A stretch of DNA of 56,591 bases, from NCBI GenBank assembly GCA_948466315.1, contig CAOJZZ010000004.1:1-56591 (forward strand), written 5' to 3'. The first letter of the stretch is position 1; each line of letters begins with the position of its first letter. Positions 1-10,918 of the stretch are shown here, in pieces. Position numbers and translations under genes: made by a program. This DNA is from an uncultured Mycoplasmatota bacterium. GTDB taxonomy: Bacteria > Bacillota_I > Bacilli_A > RF39 > UBA660. The notes beneath the pieces are model-generated. The model had not been told where the DNA came from and ran no database searches. It saw only the letters and a program-made list of their open reading frames with translations.

Positions 1-2
1 AT

Positions 3-1182
3 ATATCAGGAATTGACTTAATAAGCGAATATCCTACAGCAAGCATTCAAGCACCAGCAGGTTCTTATTTAATATTACCAGTAGTAACTATGAACATTTA
101 CGCAGTAATGATTGGTAATATTGAGTTTAAAAGTAGTAACAGTACATGGTATTTAAACAATTCTGAAATAAATGCCAAAATATCAGAACTTAATTTTTAT
201 AAATATGAAACCAAAGATTATGTAGAAATAGGAGAAGAATTTGAGTACACACTAGAAGTATACTTTCCTAAATATCCAACAAATGCTACCAATAAGATAT
301 TTTACATAAAAGATGTAATAGATAATGGAATAACTTTTAGTGGATTTTCATCAATAGAAGTAGAAGTGGATGAAACAAAAGTAGCAGTATTAGAAGATGG
401 GAGAATATTAGATGAAGATGAAAAAGAGCTTGGAAACATCTCTATAGAAGGTCAAGAAATGACAATAAATTTTAATGTTGATAATATTATATCTGATAGA
501 CTATATATATATTACAAAGCAAAATTAAATAATAGTGCTAGTATTGGTGTGGATAATAAAAATAAAAATACCGCAACCCTAACATACTCTAATGACCCTT
601 ATTGGTACAAATACAACAACACAAACAGTGGAAAACCTTGTTGGTACATTCGGTTTAGAAATATTTAAATATGAAAATAATAATAAAAACAAACCACTAA
701 GTGGTGCTGTATTTGAAATTTATAGAGATAAAGAATGTACTCAAAAAGTAGGAACTACAACTCCAACAAATGAACAAGGAATTGCTTATTATAAAGGACT
801 TAGTATAGATAAGTTGTATGATAATGAAGAAATTGATATTAATGGTATATATTATGTAAGTAGACAAAAAAAATATTATTTAAAAGAAATAACAAGTCCT
901 GAGGGATATGTTGTATCTAGTAAGCCAATTATGACAAAAATTGGTTATGACTATGTATCTGAATCTGGAATTTATGAAAGTGAAGCAGTACCAAATGGAG
1001 AAGGAACATCTATAGGCGAACGCGCTGGATATTATAGAATTGAAGTACCAAGCTATAAAAATATTTTATTACCAGTAACTGGTGGGGCAGGGACAATTAT
1101 TTTTACTATTATGGGCTTAATATTAATTTGCAGTTCAACCTACTACTATCTAAAATATAAAAGTAAAAGGATTAATGATTAA
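3..1182 (+). pseudogene. Gram-positive pilin/fimbrial subunit (isopeptide D2 + CnaB/SpaA domains, LPVTG anchor); 5'-partial and frameshifted near 604
   Basis: Frame is open from base 3. Motifs D.I..G.TF, NTATLTYSNDP, KPLSGAVFEIY, YYLKEITSPEGY, LPVTG + TM + basic tail. ORFs 90-668 and 592-1182 join if one extra T in CCT TAT T GGT is removed. Confidence 0.8.
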
Positions 1183-1185
1183 AAT

Positions 1186-1971
1186 ATGAAATTAGAAGTA
1201 TTACTATCAACAATTAATTTAGATAAGAAGACTCTAGATTCTATGAATATAACCAGTGATTGTATAGTGATAAATCAATGTAGTAAAAACACATATGAAG
1301 AATATAAAGATTTTAAAATATATTCTTATAACGAAAAAGGAACATCACTAAGTAGAAATAAAGCCTTAGGAAAAGCAACAGGAGATATTCTTTTATTATG
1401 TGATGATGATATAATATATAATTCAGATTATGAAACCATAATATTAGATGAATTTGAAAAAAATGAAGAAGCAGACGTAATAGTATTTAATCTTTTCTGT
1501 GAAGATAGACTACAAAAAAATATTATTAAAAATAAAAAGGTTAAATTTTATAATTGTTTAAGATATGGTAGTCCTCAAATTGCCTTTAAAAGAAGTAAAA
1601 TAGAACAAAAACAAATAAAATTTGATTTAGATTTTGGTCCAAATGCCAAATATTCTTGTGGTGAAGATACCTTATTTATTGTTACCTGTTTAAAAGAAAA
1701 ACTAAAAATATTTTCTAGTCCTAAGTTTATTGGAACCATAAAAAAAAGCCCCTCAACTTGGTTTTGTGGTTATAATGAAAAATTTTTCTTTGATAAAGGA
1801 GCTATATTTTATGCAATTAATAAAAATATTAGTTTAATACTATGTCTACAATATTTAATTAGACATAAAGAAACTTTACAAAATATAAATTTTACTAAGG
1901 CTTTAAGACTAATGATGGCTGGGATGGAAAATTATAAAATAAATATTAAAGATTACAGAGAGGTTTTATAA
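1186..1971 (+). CDS. Glycosyltransferase family 2
   Basis: SRN..L..A.GDILLLCDDD and GED motifs. Confidence 0.85.
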   Translation: MKLEVLLSTINLDKKTLDSMNITSDCIVINQCSKNTYEEYKDFKIYSYNEKGTSLSRNKALGKATGDILLLCDDDIIYNSDYETIILDEFEKNEEADVIVFNLFCEDRLQKNIIKNKKVKFYNCLRYGSPQIAFKRSKIEQKQIKFDLDFGPNAKYSCGEDTLFIVTCLKEKLKIFSSPKFIGTIKKSPSTWFCGYNEKFFFDKGAIFYAINKNISLILCLQYLIRHKETLQNINFTKALRLMMAGMENYKINIKDYREVL

Positions 1972-1972
1972 A

Positions 1973-3241
1973 ATGATAAAAAAATTAAACAATATAAATG
2001 TTATGTATATTATAATATTCATTTTTCTTTCATTCCTTAGTTCTGTTTTTTTAACATTTAGAATGATTAGTTCAAGGGTATATGCCTATACATTATATAC
2101 AACAGGAATAATTTCACTACTACTTATAATATTAAACTTTATAAAAAACAAAGAGCATCTAAAACTATGTGATATAATTATTCTTTTTCTGGCCATTCTA
2201 GCAATCATTTCCACTTGTTTTGCTAAAAATATTTCAGTAAGTATTTTTGGTTTTAGAAACTGGAATGAAGGACTACTAAGTTTGCTTACTTATTATTCTT
2301 TGTTCTCGCTTTCTACCTTTATTAAAAACAAAGACAAGGAATTTATAATGAATATGCTTTTATTTTTAGGTGTTTTTCAAGTCTTTTATGGTTTGTTTCA
2401 AGTACTTGGTATATTTGAAAGTGTGCATGATGGTACAAGATATGCAGGTGGTTTAGTTGGTAATTCTATGTTTTTTGGTACTCAAAATGTTTTATGGCTA
2501 GCCCTTTCAATAGGGTTATATAGTTTTTCTTCAAATAGAAATTATATAATATATATATTTATATTTTCACTAGGGATTTTTCTTTCTGGTTCTATGAGTG
2601 CAGTTGTAGGAACAGGAGGAGTGATTCTATCATATATAATATATTTATTATATTTAAAGTACAAAAGAAATGAAGTGAAACCTTATCTAAAAAAACTTAC
2701 AATAGTCTTAATATCTTTGTTTATAAGTCTTATTGTTGGTACTTTTATAAATCACTTATTATTTGAAGATATTAAAGAAATGATATTTCAGTTATTTAAT
2801 ATTACAGTAAACAAAGAGGTTATGGATAATTATGGGACTAATAGAATTTATATATGGAAAAACGTTTTAAAAGTAGTGCCAAAACACTTATTACATGGAG
2901 TAGGAATTGATTGTTTTGCTTATGCTTTTCCAAAAGGACTCCTTCTACCATCTTCTATTTTACTACTAGTAGATAAGGCTCATAATGAATTTTTACAAAT
3001 ACTTTTAACTCAAGGGATTTTTGCTTTACTTACTTATATATCTTTTTTATTAATCATTATTAAAAATTGTACTAAAAAATTAGTTAAGGAAAATTATATA
3101 AAAATGGCTCTATTCTTAGCCATCATTGGTTATCTTACTCAATCATGTTTTAATATAAGCGTAATTACTGTAGCACCACTATTCTATATTATATTAGGTC
3201 TAGCATATAATAGAGGTAATGATGATGAAGCCATTAGTTAG
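1973..3241 (+). CDS. O-antigen ligase/Wzy_C-like membrane protein
   Basis: Many TM segments; R.YIW...GVG...AHNEFLQ motif. Confidence 0.8.
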   Translation: MIKKLNNINVMYIIIFIFLSFLSSVFLTFRMISSRVYAYTLYTTGIISLLLIILNFIKNKEHLKLCDIIILFLAILAIISTCFAKNISVSIFGFRNWNEGLLSLLTYYSLFSLSTFIKNKDKEFIMNMLLFLGVFQVFYGLFQVLGIFESVHDGTRYAGGLVGNSMFFGTQNVLWLALSIGLYSFSSNRNYIIYIFIFSLGIFLSGSMSAVVGTGGVILSYIIYLLYLKYKRNEVKPYLKKLTIVLISLFISLIVGTFINHLLFEDIKEMIFQLFNITVNKEVMDNYGTNRIYIWKNVLKVVPKHLLHGVGIDCFAYAFPKGLLLPSSILLLVDKAHNEFLQILLTQGIFALLTYISFLLIIIKNCTKKLVKENYIKMALFLAIIGYLTQSCFNISVITVAPLFYIILGLAYNRGNDDEAIS

Positions 3242-3977
3242 TATAATAATTCCTGTATATAATGCTGCTAAGTTTTTACCTGATACTATTAATTCTATTT
3301 TAAATCAGACCTATAGAAATTGGGAAGTAATATTAGTGGATGATAAGAGTACAGATAATAGTGTAGAAATAATAGGAAAATATATAAGTAATAACATAAA
3401 ACTAATAAAGCTAGATAAAAATTATGGTCCAGGATTTGCTAGAAATAAGGGAGTAGATAGTGCTAAGGGTAAGTTAATTTGTTTTTTAGATGCTGATGAT
3501 TTATGGAAAAAAGATAAATTAGAAAAACAAGTTAATTTTACTATTACCAACAATTATCATTTCACATATACTAGTTATGTTTATTCTAATAAATTTGGTA
3601 AAGAAACCAGCTGTGTTGTCAAGGTACCATTAAAAGTTAAATATCATGATTATTTAAAAAACACTATAATAACTACTTCTACTGTTATGTTTGATATGTG
3701 TTATTTTGATAAAAAAGATCTTTATATGCCTAATTTAAAAAGAGGGGAAGATGGAGCAACTTGGTTAAGAATATTAAAAAAAATAGATTATGCCTATGGT
3801 TTAAATGAAGATTTAGCTCTTTATAGAATATCAAGAAATACTTTATCTTCTAATAAATTACTTTCTATAAAGTGTATTTGGCATTTATATAGAAAAGTAG
3901 AAAGTTTAAGTATTTTAAAAAGTACATATTATTTTATTTTCTATACATTTAATACTATTAAAAAAAGAATAGGATAA
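3219..3977 (+). CDS. Glycosyltransferase family 2 (TuaG-like)
   Basis: VSIIIPVYN, VDDKSTD, FLDADDLW, ED motifs. Confidence 0.9.
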   Translation: MMMKPLVSIIIPVYNAAKFLPDTINSILNQTYRNWEVILVDDKSTDNSVEIIGKYISNNIKLIKLDKNYGPGFARNKGVDSAKGKLICFLDADDLWKKDKLEKQVNFTITNNYHFTYTSYVYSNKFGKETSCVVKVPLKVKYHDYLKNTIITTSTVMFDMCYFDKKDLYMPNLKRGEDGATWLRILKKIDYAYGLNEDLALYRISRNTLSSNKLLSIKCIWHLYRKVESLSILKSTYYFIFYTFNTIKKRIG

Positions 3978-4159
3978 AACATTTATAATGATAAAGAATA
4001 TATAATAAGGGCAACCATAAATATGATAGCTCTTTTTTAGTATTCTAAAAAATAATATATAATAAAGTACAAGATATCAAAAAAGTATCATTCTAGTTTT
4101 TGCATTCGCTATAAATATATAGTATAATAAATACAAATACTGAAATGGTGGTAACATAA

Positions 4160-5959
4160 ATGAAACAAGAAAATATTAGAAATTTTTGTATTATAGCCCA
4201 TATTGATCATGGGAAGAGTACTTTAGCTGATCGTATATTAGAAAAAACAAAGGCCCTAGAAAAACGAGAATTAAAAGAACAGATGTTAGATTCTATGGAT
4301 ATTGAACGAGAACGTGGAATTACCATAAAATTAAATGCTGTTAGATTAACTTATAGTTATGATAATAGTGAGTATTATTTTCATCTTATTGATACCCCAG
4401 GACATGTAGATTTTTCTTATGAAGTATCAAGAAGTCTTGCAGCATGTGAAGGAGCTTTATTAGTAGTAGATGCTACTCAAGGAGTAGAAGCTCAAACTCT
4501 AGCTAATCTTTATTTAGCTCTTGATAATAATTTAACAATCATTCCAGTAATTAATAAAATAGACTTACCATCAGCTAATCCTGATAAAGTTATAAAGGAA
4601 TTAGAAGAGTTGGGTTTTAGCGAAGAAGAAATTGTTCTAACTAGTGCTAAAACAGGTGAGGGAATTGAAAAACTTCTAGAAACTATCATAAGAAAAATAC
4701 CTGCACCTGCTGGAAATAAGTCTAATAAACTACAAGCCCTTATTTTTGATAGTCTTTTTGATCCCTATAGAGGCGTAATTACTAGTATTCGTGTAGTAGA
4801 AGGAGAAGTAAAAGTAGGAGATATTATTAAAATGATGGAGACCAATGCGGTTTATGATGTTATAGGTCTTTCCATTAATACTCCTAAAGAAGAAAAAAAG
4901 ACTTCTTTAAAAGCTGGTGAAGTAGGCTATTTATATGCCTCAATCAAAAGTATTAGTGATGTTCATGTAGGGGATACTATCACTTTAGAGAGCAATTCAG
5001 CAACCAAAAAACTTCCAGGTTATAAACCTATGAAACCAATGGTTTATTGTGGACTTTACCCTATTGAATCAAGTAAATTTGAAGATTTACGTGAAGCCTT
5101 AGAAAAATTAAAATTAAATGATGCTGCCTTAGTATATGAACCAGAAACATCAAAAGCTTTAGGGTTTGGTTTTAGATGTGGTTTTTTAGGACTTTTACAT
5201 ATGGAAATTACTGAAGAACGTATAGAAAGAGAGTTTAATATCGAACTTATTGCTACATCTCCTTCTGTTGTTTATGAAGTGATTTTAACAGATGGAAGTA
5301 AAACTATAGTTGATTCTCCAACCAAGATGCCTAAAAGAGAATTAATCTCTAAAACTCTAGAACCATATGTTAAATCTAATATCTTTACACCAAGTGAATA
5401 TATCGGTCCAATAATGGAATTATGTCAAGATAAAAGAGGAACATTTTTAAATATAGATTACTTAAGTCAAGAAAGAGTAACCATAAATTATGAAATTCCT
5501 TTATCAGAAATTGTCTATGATTTTTTCGATCGTATGAAATCTTGTACTAAAGGTTATGCCTCTTTTGACTATGAAGTAATCGGTTATAAAGAAAGTAATC
5601 TCGTAAAAATGGATATTCTTCTAAATGGAGAAATAGTGGATGCCTTAAGTGTTATAGTTCATAAAGACTTTGCTTATAATAGAGGCAAAACAGTAGTAGA
5701 AAAGTTAAAAGAAATTATTCCACGACAACTCTTTGAAGTTCCCATACAAGCAGCGATTGGTACTCATGTAATTGCTCGTACAGATATAAAAGCCATGCGT
5801 AAAAACGTTTTAGCTAAATGTTATGGAGGAGATGTAAGTAGAAAGAAAAAGTTACTAGAAAAACAAAAAGAAGGTAAAAAACGTATGAAAAAAATAGGTA
5901 GCGTAGAAGTACCACAAGAAGCTTTTTTATCTATTCTTACAACGGATACTAAAAAGTAA
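4160..5959 (+). CDS. lepA: Translation elongation factor 4
   Basis: [37 protein letters not shown]. Confidence 0.98.
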   Translation: MKQENIRNFCIIAHIDHGKSTLADRILEKTKALEKRELKEQMLDSMDIERERGITIKLNAVRLTYSYDNSEYYFHLIDTPGHVDFSYEVSRSLAACEGALLVVDATQGVEAQTLANLYLALDNNLTIIPVINKIDLPSANPDKVIKELEELGFSEEEIVLTSAKTGEGIEKLLETIIRKIPAPAGNKSNKLQALIFDSLFDPYRGVITSIRVVEGEVKVGDIIKMMETNAVYDVIGLSINTPKEEKKTSLKAGEVGYLYASIKSISDVHVGDTITLESNSATKKLPGYKPMKPMVYCGLYPIESSKFEDLREALEKLKLNDAALVYEPETSKALGFGFRCGFLGLLHMEITEERIEREFNIELIATSPSVVYEVILTDGSKTIVDSPTKMPKRELISKTLEPYVKSNIFTPSEYIGPIMELCQDKRGTFLNIDYLSQERVTINYEIPLSEIVYDFFDRMKSCTKGYASFDYEVIGYKESNLVKMDILLNGEIVDALSVIVHKDFAYNRGKTVVEKLKEIIPRQLFEVPIQAAIGTHVIARTDIKAMRKNVLAKCYGGDVSRKKKLLEKQKEGKKRMKKIGSVEVPQEAFLSILTTDTKK

Positions 5960-7062
5960 TGATTAAACATGCATACATACATATACCATTTTGTGAAAAA
6001 ATATGTACCTATTGCGATTTTTGTAAAATGTTTTACCATGAAAAGTGGGTAAATGAGTACTTAGACCAACTAGAAAAAGAAATAAAAACTAAATATAATA
6101 ATGATACACTAGAAACAATTTATATTGGTGGAGGAACACCAAGTTGTCTCAATATAAAACAATTAGAACAATTATTAGAAATAACCACTAACTTAAAAAA
6201 AAGTACTAATTTAGAATTCACAATAGAGTGTAATTTTGAAAATACGACTAAGGAAAAATTACAGCTATTTCATAAATTCGGTGTCAATAGACTTAGTTTT
6301 GGAATAGAAACAATTAATAAAAAACAAGCTGAATTTTTAGGAAGAAATATATCTAAAAAACAAATTATAAAGATATTAAATACAGCTAAATTCATTGGTT
6401 TTACAAATATAAATGTAGATTTAATGTATGCTTTTCCCAATCAAACTATAATAGATATTAAAGAAGATTTAGAATTTTTATTTAGTCTAGATATAAATCA
6501 CATTTCTACTTATTCATTAATAATTGAGAAAAATACCAAGATTGGTCTACAAAATATTAAGTCAATTTCTGAAGACTTAGAATATGAAATGTATAACTAT
6601 ATCTGTCAAGAATTAGGTAAAAGAGGCTTTATTCATTATGAAATAAGTAATTTTGCCAAACCAAATTATAAATCAAAACATAATCTTTGTTATTGGAAAA
6701 ATAAAGAGTACTATGGTTTTGGATTAGGAGCTAGTAGTTATTTAGAAAATAAGCGAATTACCAATACAAGATCTTTAACCAAATATTTACAAGAAGAATA
6801 TATAAAAGAAGAGGAAATAATAATTAAAGAAGAACAAATAGAATATGAAATTATCTTAAATCTAAGAACAAAAGAAGGAATAAATTTAAAAAAATTTAAA
6901 AATAAATATGGAATAGAAGTAAAAGATGCATATAATTATTTTTCCCTTCTTTTACATGGTTTACTAAAAGAAGAACAGGAAAATCTTTTTATTCCAGAAG
7001 ATAAATGGTATATTAGTAACGAGATAATAGTAAAGCTTTTAGAAGGAGAAAAAGAAGTATGA
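5959..7062 (+). CDS. hemW: Radical SAM heme chaperone HemW (HemN-like)
   Basis: YIHIPFC...C.YCDF, GGGTPS, YEISNFA, HN..YW; follows lepA. Confidence 0.92.
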   Translation: MIKHAYIHIPFCEKICTYCDFCKMFYHEKWVNEYLDQLEKEIKTKYNNDTLETIYIGGGTPSCLNIKQLEQLLEITTNLKKSTNLEFTIECNFENTTKEKLQLFHKFGVNRLSFGIETINKKQAEFLGRNISKKQIIKILNTAKFIGFTNINVDLMYAFPNQTIIDIKEDLEFLFSLDINHISTYSLIIEKNTKIGLQNIKSISEDLEYEMYNYICQELGKRGFIHYEISNFAKPNYKSKHNLCYWKNKEYYGFGLGASSYLENKRITNTRSLTKYLQEEYIKEEEIIIKEEQIEYEIILNLRTKEGINLKKFKNKYGIEVKDAYNYFSLLLHGLLKEEQENLFIPEDKWYISNEIIVKLLEGEKEV

Positions 7063-7643
7063 ATAGAGAAAAAGTTTTTGAAAAAGAATTAAGTTATATA
7101 AAAAGTTCAAAGATAAAAAATGCCTGTTTAGAAATGATTAAGTTATTACCAGAGTATTTTTTTGAAGTACCAGCATCCTCAACTGGAAAATATCATCCTG
7201 AATATACTCAGGGTGAAGGTGGACTTCTTCGTCATACCAAAGCGGCAGTTAGAATAGGATATGAATTATTAAGTGATCCAAGTATTGGAGATAAATATCA
7301 AAGTGATGAAAAGGATTTAATGTTAATGGCTTTACTATTACATGATGGTCTAAAGTCTGGTTTAGAAAAAGAAAAATATACAAGATTTGATCATCCTATT
7401 TTAATGGCTGATTATATTATGGATAATGAAGAAGTTTTAGGTTTAGAGGTAGAAGAGATTGAGTTTTTAGGAGATGCTATAAAAACTCACATGGGACCAT
7501 GGACTACTGATTATAATGGGGTAGAAGTATTAGAAAAACCTAAAACAAAGTATCAAAATTTTGTCCATATGTGTGATTATCTAGCTAGTCGAAAATGTAT
7601 CTTATTACCATTTGATAGTAACAATAATATAATTGATAATTAA
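7059..7643 (+). CDS. HD-domain phosphohydrolase
   Basis: PASSTGKYHP...GGLLRHT, LLHD, HMG, CDY. Confidence 0.85.
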   Translation: MNREKVFEKELSYIKSSKIKNACLEMIKLLPEYFFEVPASSTGKYHPEYTQGEGGLLRHTKAAVRIGYELLSDPSIGDKYQSDEKDLMLMALLLHDGLKSGLEKEKYTRFDHPILMADYIMDNEEVLGLEVEEIEFLGDAIKTHMGPWTTDYNGVEVLEKPKTKYQNFVHMCDYLASRKCILLPFDSNNNIIDN

Positions 7644-7646
7644 AAT

Positions 7647-7689
7647 AAAAAATCTAGATAACTAAAATTTTAGTGGTTCTAGATTTTTG
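7647..7689. terminator. Probable bidirectional intrinsic terminator
   Basis: AAAAATCTAGA...TCTAGATTTTT inverted repeat between convergent genes. Confidence 0.6.
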
Positions 7690-7702
7690 TTATTTATAAA
7701 AA

Positions 7703-8251
7703 CTAAATAGCCCTCATTTCGTTTTCTCCCTTAAAAGGATTATTCTTATCTATGTGATCTGTAAACATAATTCCATTTAAGTGATCAATTTCATGTTGAA
7801 AAGCAATAGCTAATTCTTCTCTAGCTCTAACATGGATTTTTTTTCCATCTATATCATAAGCCTCTACTGTAACTCTAGCAAACCTTGGAACAATTCCCTC
7901 AACAGGTCTATTTACACTTAAACAACCTTCTCCCATATCAACATAAATTTTCTCTAGAGAATTACTTATAATCTTAGGATTAACCAAAACATAAGTTTCA
8001 AATTTACCTTCATCATACTCATTAACCACAACAAAATATCTTTTAGCAATCCCTAATTGTATAGCAGCAAGTCCCATTCCTGGTCGTAAATCATATTTTT
8101 CAGACAATTCTTCTATTTGACTGTTTTGTAAATATTCAATCATATCATCAATCGTTTTTTTATCATTTTCAGTAAGTGGAAAAATAACATCTTTACTCAC
8201 AGTTCTTAATCTTTTATCTTTTTCATCAAGTATATCTTTCATCTTTAACAT
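7703..8251 (-). CDS. def: Peptide deformylase
   Basis: GMGLAAIQ, EGCLS, QHEIDHLNG. Confidence 0.97.
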   Translation of the reverse strand: MLKMKDILDEKDKRLRTVSKDVIFPLTENDKKTIDDMIEYLQNSQIEELSEKYDLRPGMGLAAIQLGIAKRYFVVVNEYDEGKFETYVLVNPKIISNSLEKIYVDMGEGCLSVNRPVEGIVPRFARVTVEAYDIDGKKIHVRAREELAIAFQHEIDHLNGIMFTDHIDKNNPFKGENEMRAI

Positions 8252-8611
8252 GAAAACACCTCATTCCATTGCCTATATTTTATCAAAAAAACTGAAAAAA
8301 TAAAAGTACCTATTATTTCGAATTATATCTTATGATTCTTAGTAGTTCATAAGTGGGAATTAAATAAAGTTTAGACTCTTTTTGCAAAAAAGCCTTCTTT
8401 ATTATATATATCCATCATAATTTAAGAAAAAATGATATTTATATAAATTACCATTTTAGAATTATAATTACTTTTATTACATAAAGAAACTAAAGAATTA
8501 ACTAAACTCAAATATTATAATAGTTATCTAAAAATAATGTTAATTTTTACTCCTATATGAATATAAAAATAAAAACGTATAAGAAAACTTATACGCTCCA
8601 AACTGTTAGTA

Positions 8612-8776
8612 CTAAGCTGCCCAACGTGTACCAATAACTATAACTAAAAGAATGAATAATACTAAAATAATAGCATAAGTTGAGTTGTTATTATTTCCAC
8701 AGCAACCCATAGGATAGTATGGCATTTGGCAGTTTTGGTTAGAACAACAGTTTTGGCCACTACCATAATAATACAT
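8612..8776 (-). CDS. Small YjcZ/SscA-family sporulation membrane peptide (54 aa, not in ORF track)
   Basis: Manual translation MYYYGSGQNCCSNQNCQMPYYPMGCCGNNNNSTYAIILVLFILLVIVIGTRWAA; SD AAGGAGG; C-terminus matches the (F/Y)A.I.VLFILL.I.G signature. Confidence 0.8.
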   Translation of the reverse strand: MYYYGSGQNCCSNQNCQMPYYPMGCCGNNNNSTYAIILVLFILLVIVIGTRWAA

Positions 8777-8804
8777 AACATTGCCTCCTTTACATAATCT
8801 ACTA

Positions 8805-8831
8805 TAAAGTATGTAAATTTACAAAAAATGT
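8805..8831 (-). promoter_or_regulatory. SigK-type promoter of the YjcZ-like gene
   Basis: Minus strand AC-16 nt-CATACTTTA matches the SigK consensus AC-16/17-CATAnnnTA. Confidence 0.6.
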
Positions 8832-8911
8832 TAATAAAACTAACCTATAATAAAATAGCCATGAAAAAATTAAAAATATATGTTATATTAATAATAGAGG
8901 AGAGAATGTAA

Positions 8912-10063
8912 ATGAGAAAAATCATCAAATATTTAGATAAACCACTATTAATAATTTCTTTTTTACTATTCATTATTGGTTTAGTGATGGTTTTTTCGGC
9001 GTCTAATGTAACAGCCTATATGTCACATGCTGTAAGTCCTTATAATTATTTTATAAAACAAGGAATATTTTTAATAGCTGGTCTCATTTTCTCTATAATT
9101 ATGATTAATTTTACTACTAAAGCTTATGGAATGTTTTCTTGGGGGCTATTAATTATAACCACCATTAGTTTGATTTTTCTTCCTATCATTGGAAATGCTC
9201 AGAACCAAGCTATTAGCTGGTATGACTTAGGTTTTATAAGTATTCAGCCGAGTGAATTTATTAAAGTAATAACTATTGTCTGGCTAGCTAGTTTTTATGA
9301 AAAAAACAGCAAAAAATTAAATAGTTATGTCAAAAGTTTGTTCCCTTTAGCTATCTGTGGGATAATAGCAGCTTTAATTTTTATTCAACCCGATTTAGGA
9401 ACAACCATAATTTATTGCACTATTGTAGGAACCATCTTTTTAGCAGTACCCATAAAAAAAGAAATAAAAAATAAAACTATCTTTTCATTACTTGGGTTAG
9501 TACTATTTGCTGGATTTGCTATTATTGGAAGTGGAAAAACTCTTTTATTTGAAAGACAACTACAAAGATTTGATTTCTCAAATCCTTGTGATAAATTACT
9601 AACTACAGGAAACCAAGTATGTAATGGTTATATTGCTATTAATAATGGAGGACTAACAGGTGTTGGCTTAGGGAATTCTACTCAAAAGTATTTATATTTA
9701 CCAGAACCATATACAGATTTTATCTTTGCTATAATTATTGAAGAATTAGGAGCCATTACAGGTATAATAATTATTTTACTATATATTGTCTTGTTATATA
9801 GGATTTTATTAATTGGTAGAAATAGTCTCACTAATAGAGGAGCCATTATGTGTTATGGAGTGGCAATTTATATCTTTATTCATATAGCTGTTAATCTATT
9901 AGGACTATTTGGACTAATGCCAATGACTGGAATTCCATTGCCATTTATGAGTTATGGAGGAAGTTTTGCTATCTGTTTAATAGCATCATTAACACTAGTT
10001 CAACGTGTTAGTGTAGAAAATGGTATCATGAGTAATAAAGAAATAACAAAAATAAAAAAATAA
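8912..10063 (+). CDS. ftsW: SEDS-family peptidoglycan polymerase (FtsW/RodA)
   Basis: QPSEF.K, QPDLGT, LPEPYTDFIF, P.TGIPLPFMSYGGS. Confidence 0.85.
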   Translation: MRKIIKYLDKPLLIISFLLFIIGLVMVFSASNVTAYMSHAVSPYNYFIKQGIFLIAGLIFSIIMINFTTKAYGMFSWGLLIITTISLIFLPIIGNAQNQAISWYDLGFISIQPSEFIKVITIVWLASFYEKNSKKLNSYVKSLFPLAICGIIAALIFIQPDLGTTIIYCTIVGTIFLAVPIKKEIKNKTIFSLLGLVLFAGFAIIGSGKTLLFERQLQRFDFSNPCDKLLTTGNQVCNGYIAINNGGLTGVGLGNSTQKYLYLPEPYTDFIFAIIIEELGAITGIIIILLYIVLLYRILLIGRNSLTNRGAIMCYGVAIYIFIHIAVNLLGLFGLMPMTGIPLPFMSYGGSFAICLIASLTLVQRVSVENGIMSNKEITKIKK

Positions 10064-10163
10064 AATACTTAAAATCATTAAATAATATAACAATAGAAAA
10101 ATTTATTGACATACTGTCTTATCTAGAATACAATAAAAAGACAATTGAAGGGAGATATAATTT

Positions 10164-10628
10164 ATGTATGATATTGAAATACTTGAATCCAGTGAAATGC
10201 TAGAAAAATATAGAGATTTAGCTCAAACATACACAAAAAAATATAATCATATTGAAAAGCCATTAAAATGTTTACTAGAGCAAGGTGAAATAGAAGAAAA
10301 AATAAACTTTGGCGGAATAACTTATAGATTCAACGAAAAAAGTAAAGGTTTAATCGGAACTGCAATTAATCATATGTCAGAAGGCCGTTACAATAGAGTG
10401 ACTATGCAAAAAGCTGTTGATGGAAGTAACGTGATTTTTAATATTCATTTTGGAAAAAGTAAATATAATCATATTCTTAGACAACCAACTAATATAAGTT
10501 TAGCTCATGTAAGTTTTTCATATAATGAGAAAGATGATGAAATAAATAACTTAAAGGTAACTGATTGTAGATTAAATAAAAGCACTACTCCAAAAGAAGT
10601 TATTAATCATCAATTTACTAAAAAATAA
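10164..10628 (+). CDS. Hypothetical protein
   Basis: ORF with SD and upstream TTGACA-17-TACAAT promoter; no recognisable motif. Confidence 0.6.
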   Translation: MYDIEILESSEMLEKYRDLAQTYTKKYNHIEKPLKCLLEQGEIEEKINFGGITYRFNEKSKGLIGTAINHMSEGRYNRVTMQKAVDGSNVIFNIHFGKSKYNHILRQPTNISLAHVSFSYNEKDDEINNLKVTDCRLNKSTTPKEVINHQFTKK

Positions 10629-10918
10629 ATTATTGTATAACAAAATAATACATCTGAGAATAGTATTTCTGAGATGTGTTTTTTATTTTTTAAAACCAAA
10701 TTAAGACTAATAATAGCCGTTTTATAATGTGATATAACTATTCTTATTACATAAAGTTAATAAAATACAATAAAATATCCAACATCTCTATGTCCAACAT
10801 CTCTACTTATTGCAAAAAATAAAAAAGTATGCTACAATATAGCTTAATTTTGAGGGGATTTCCAAAAAAAGGTAAATTAATTACTTTAATAATTATTACC
10901 TAAAGGAGAAAAGATAAA

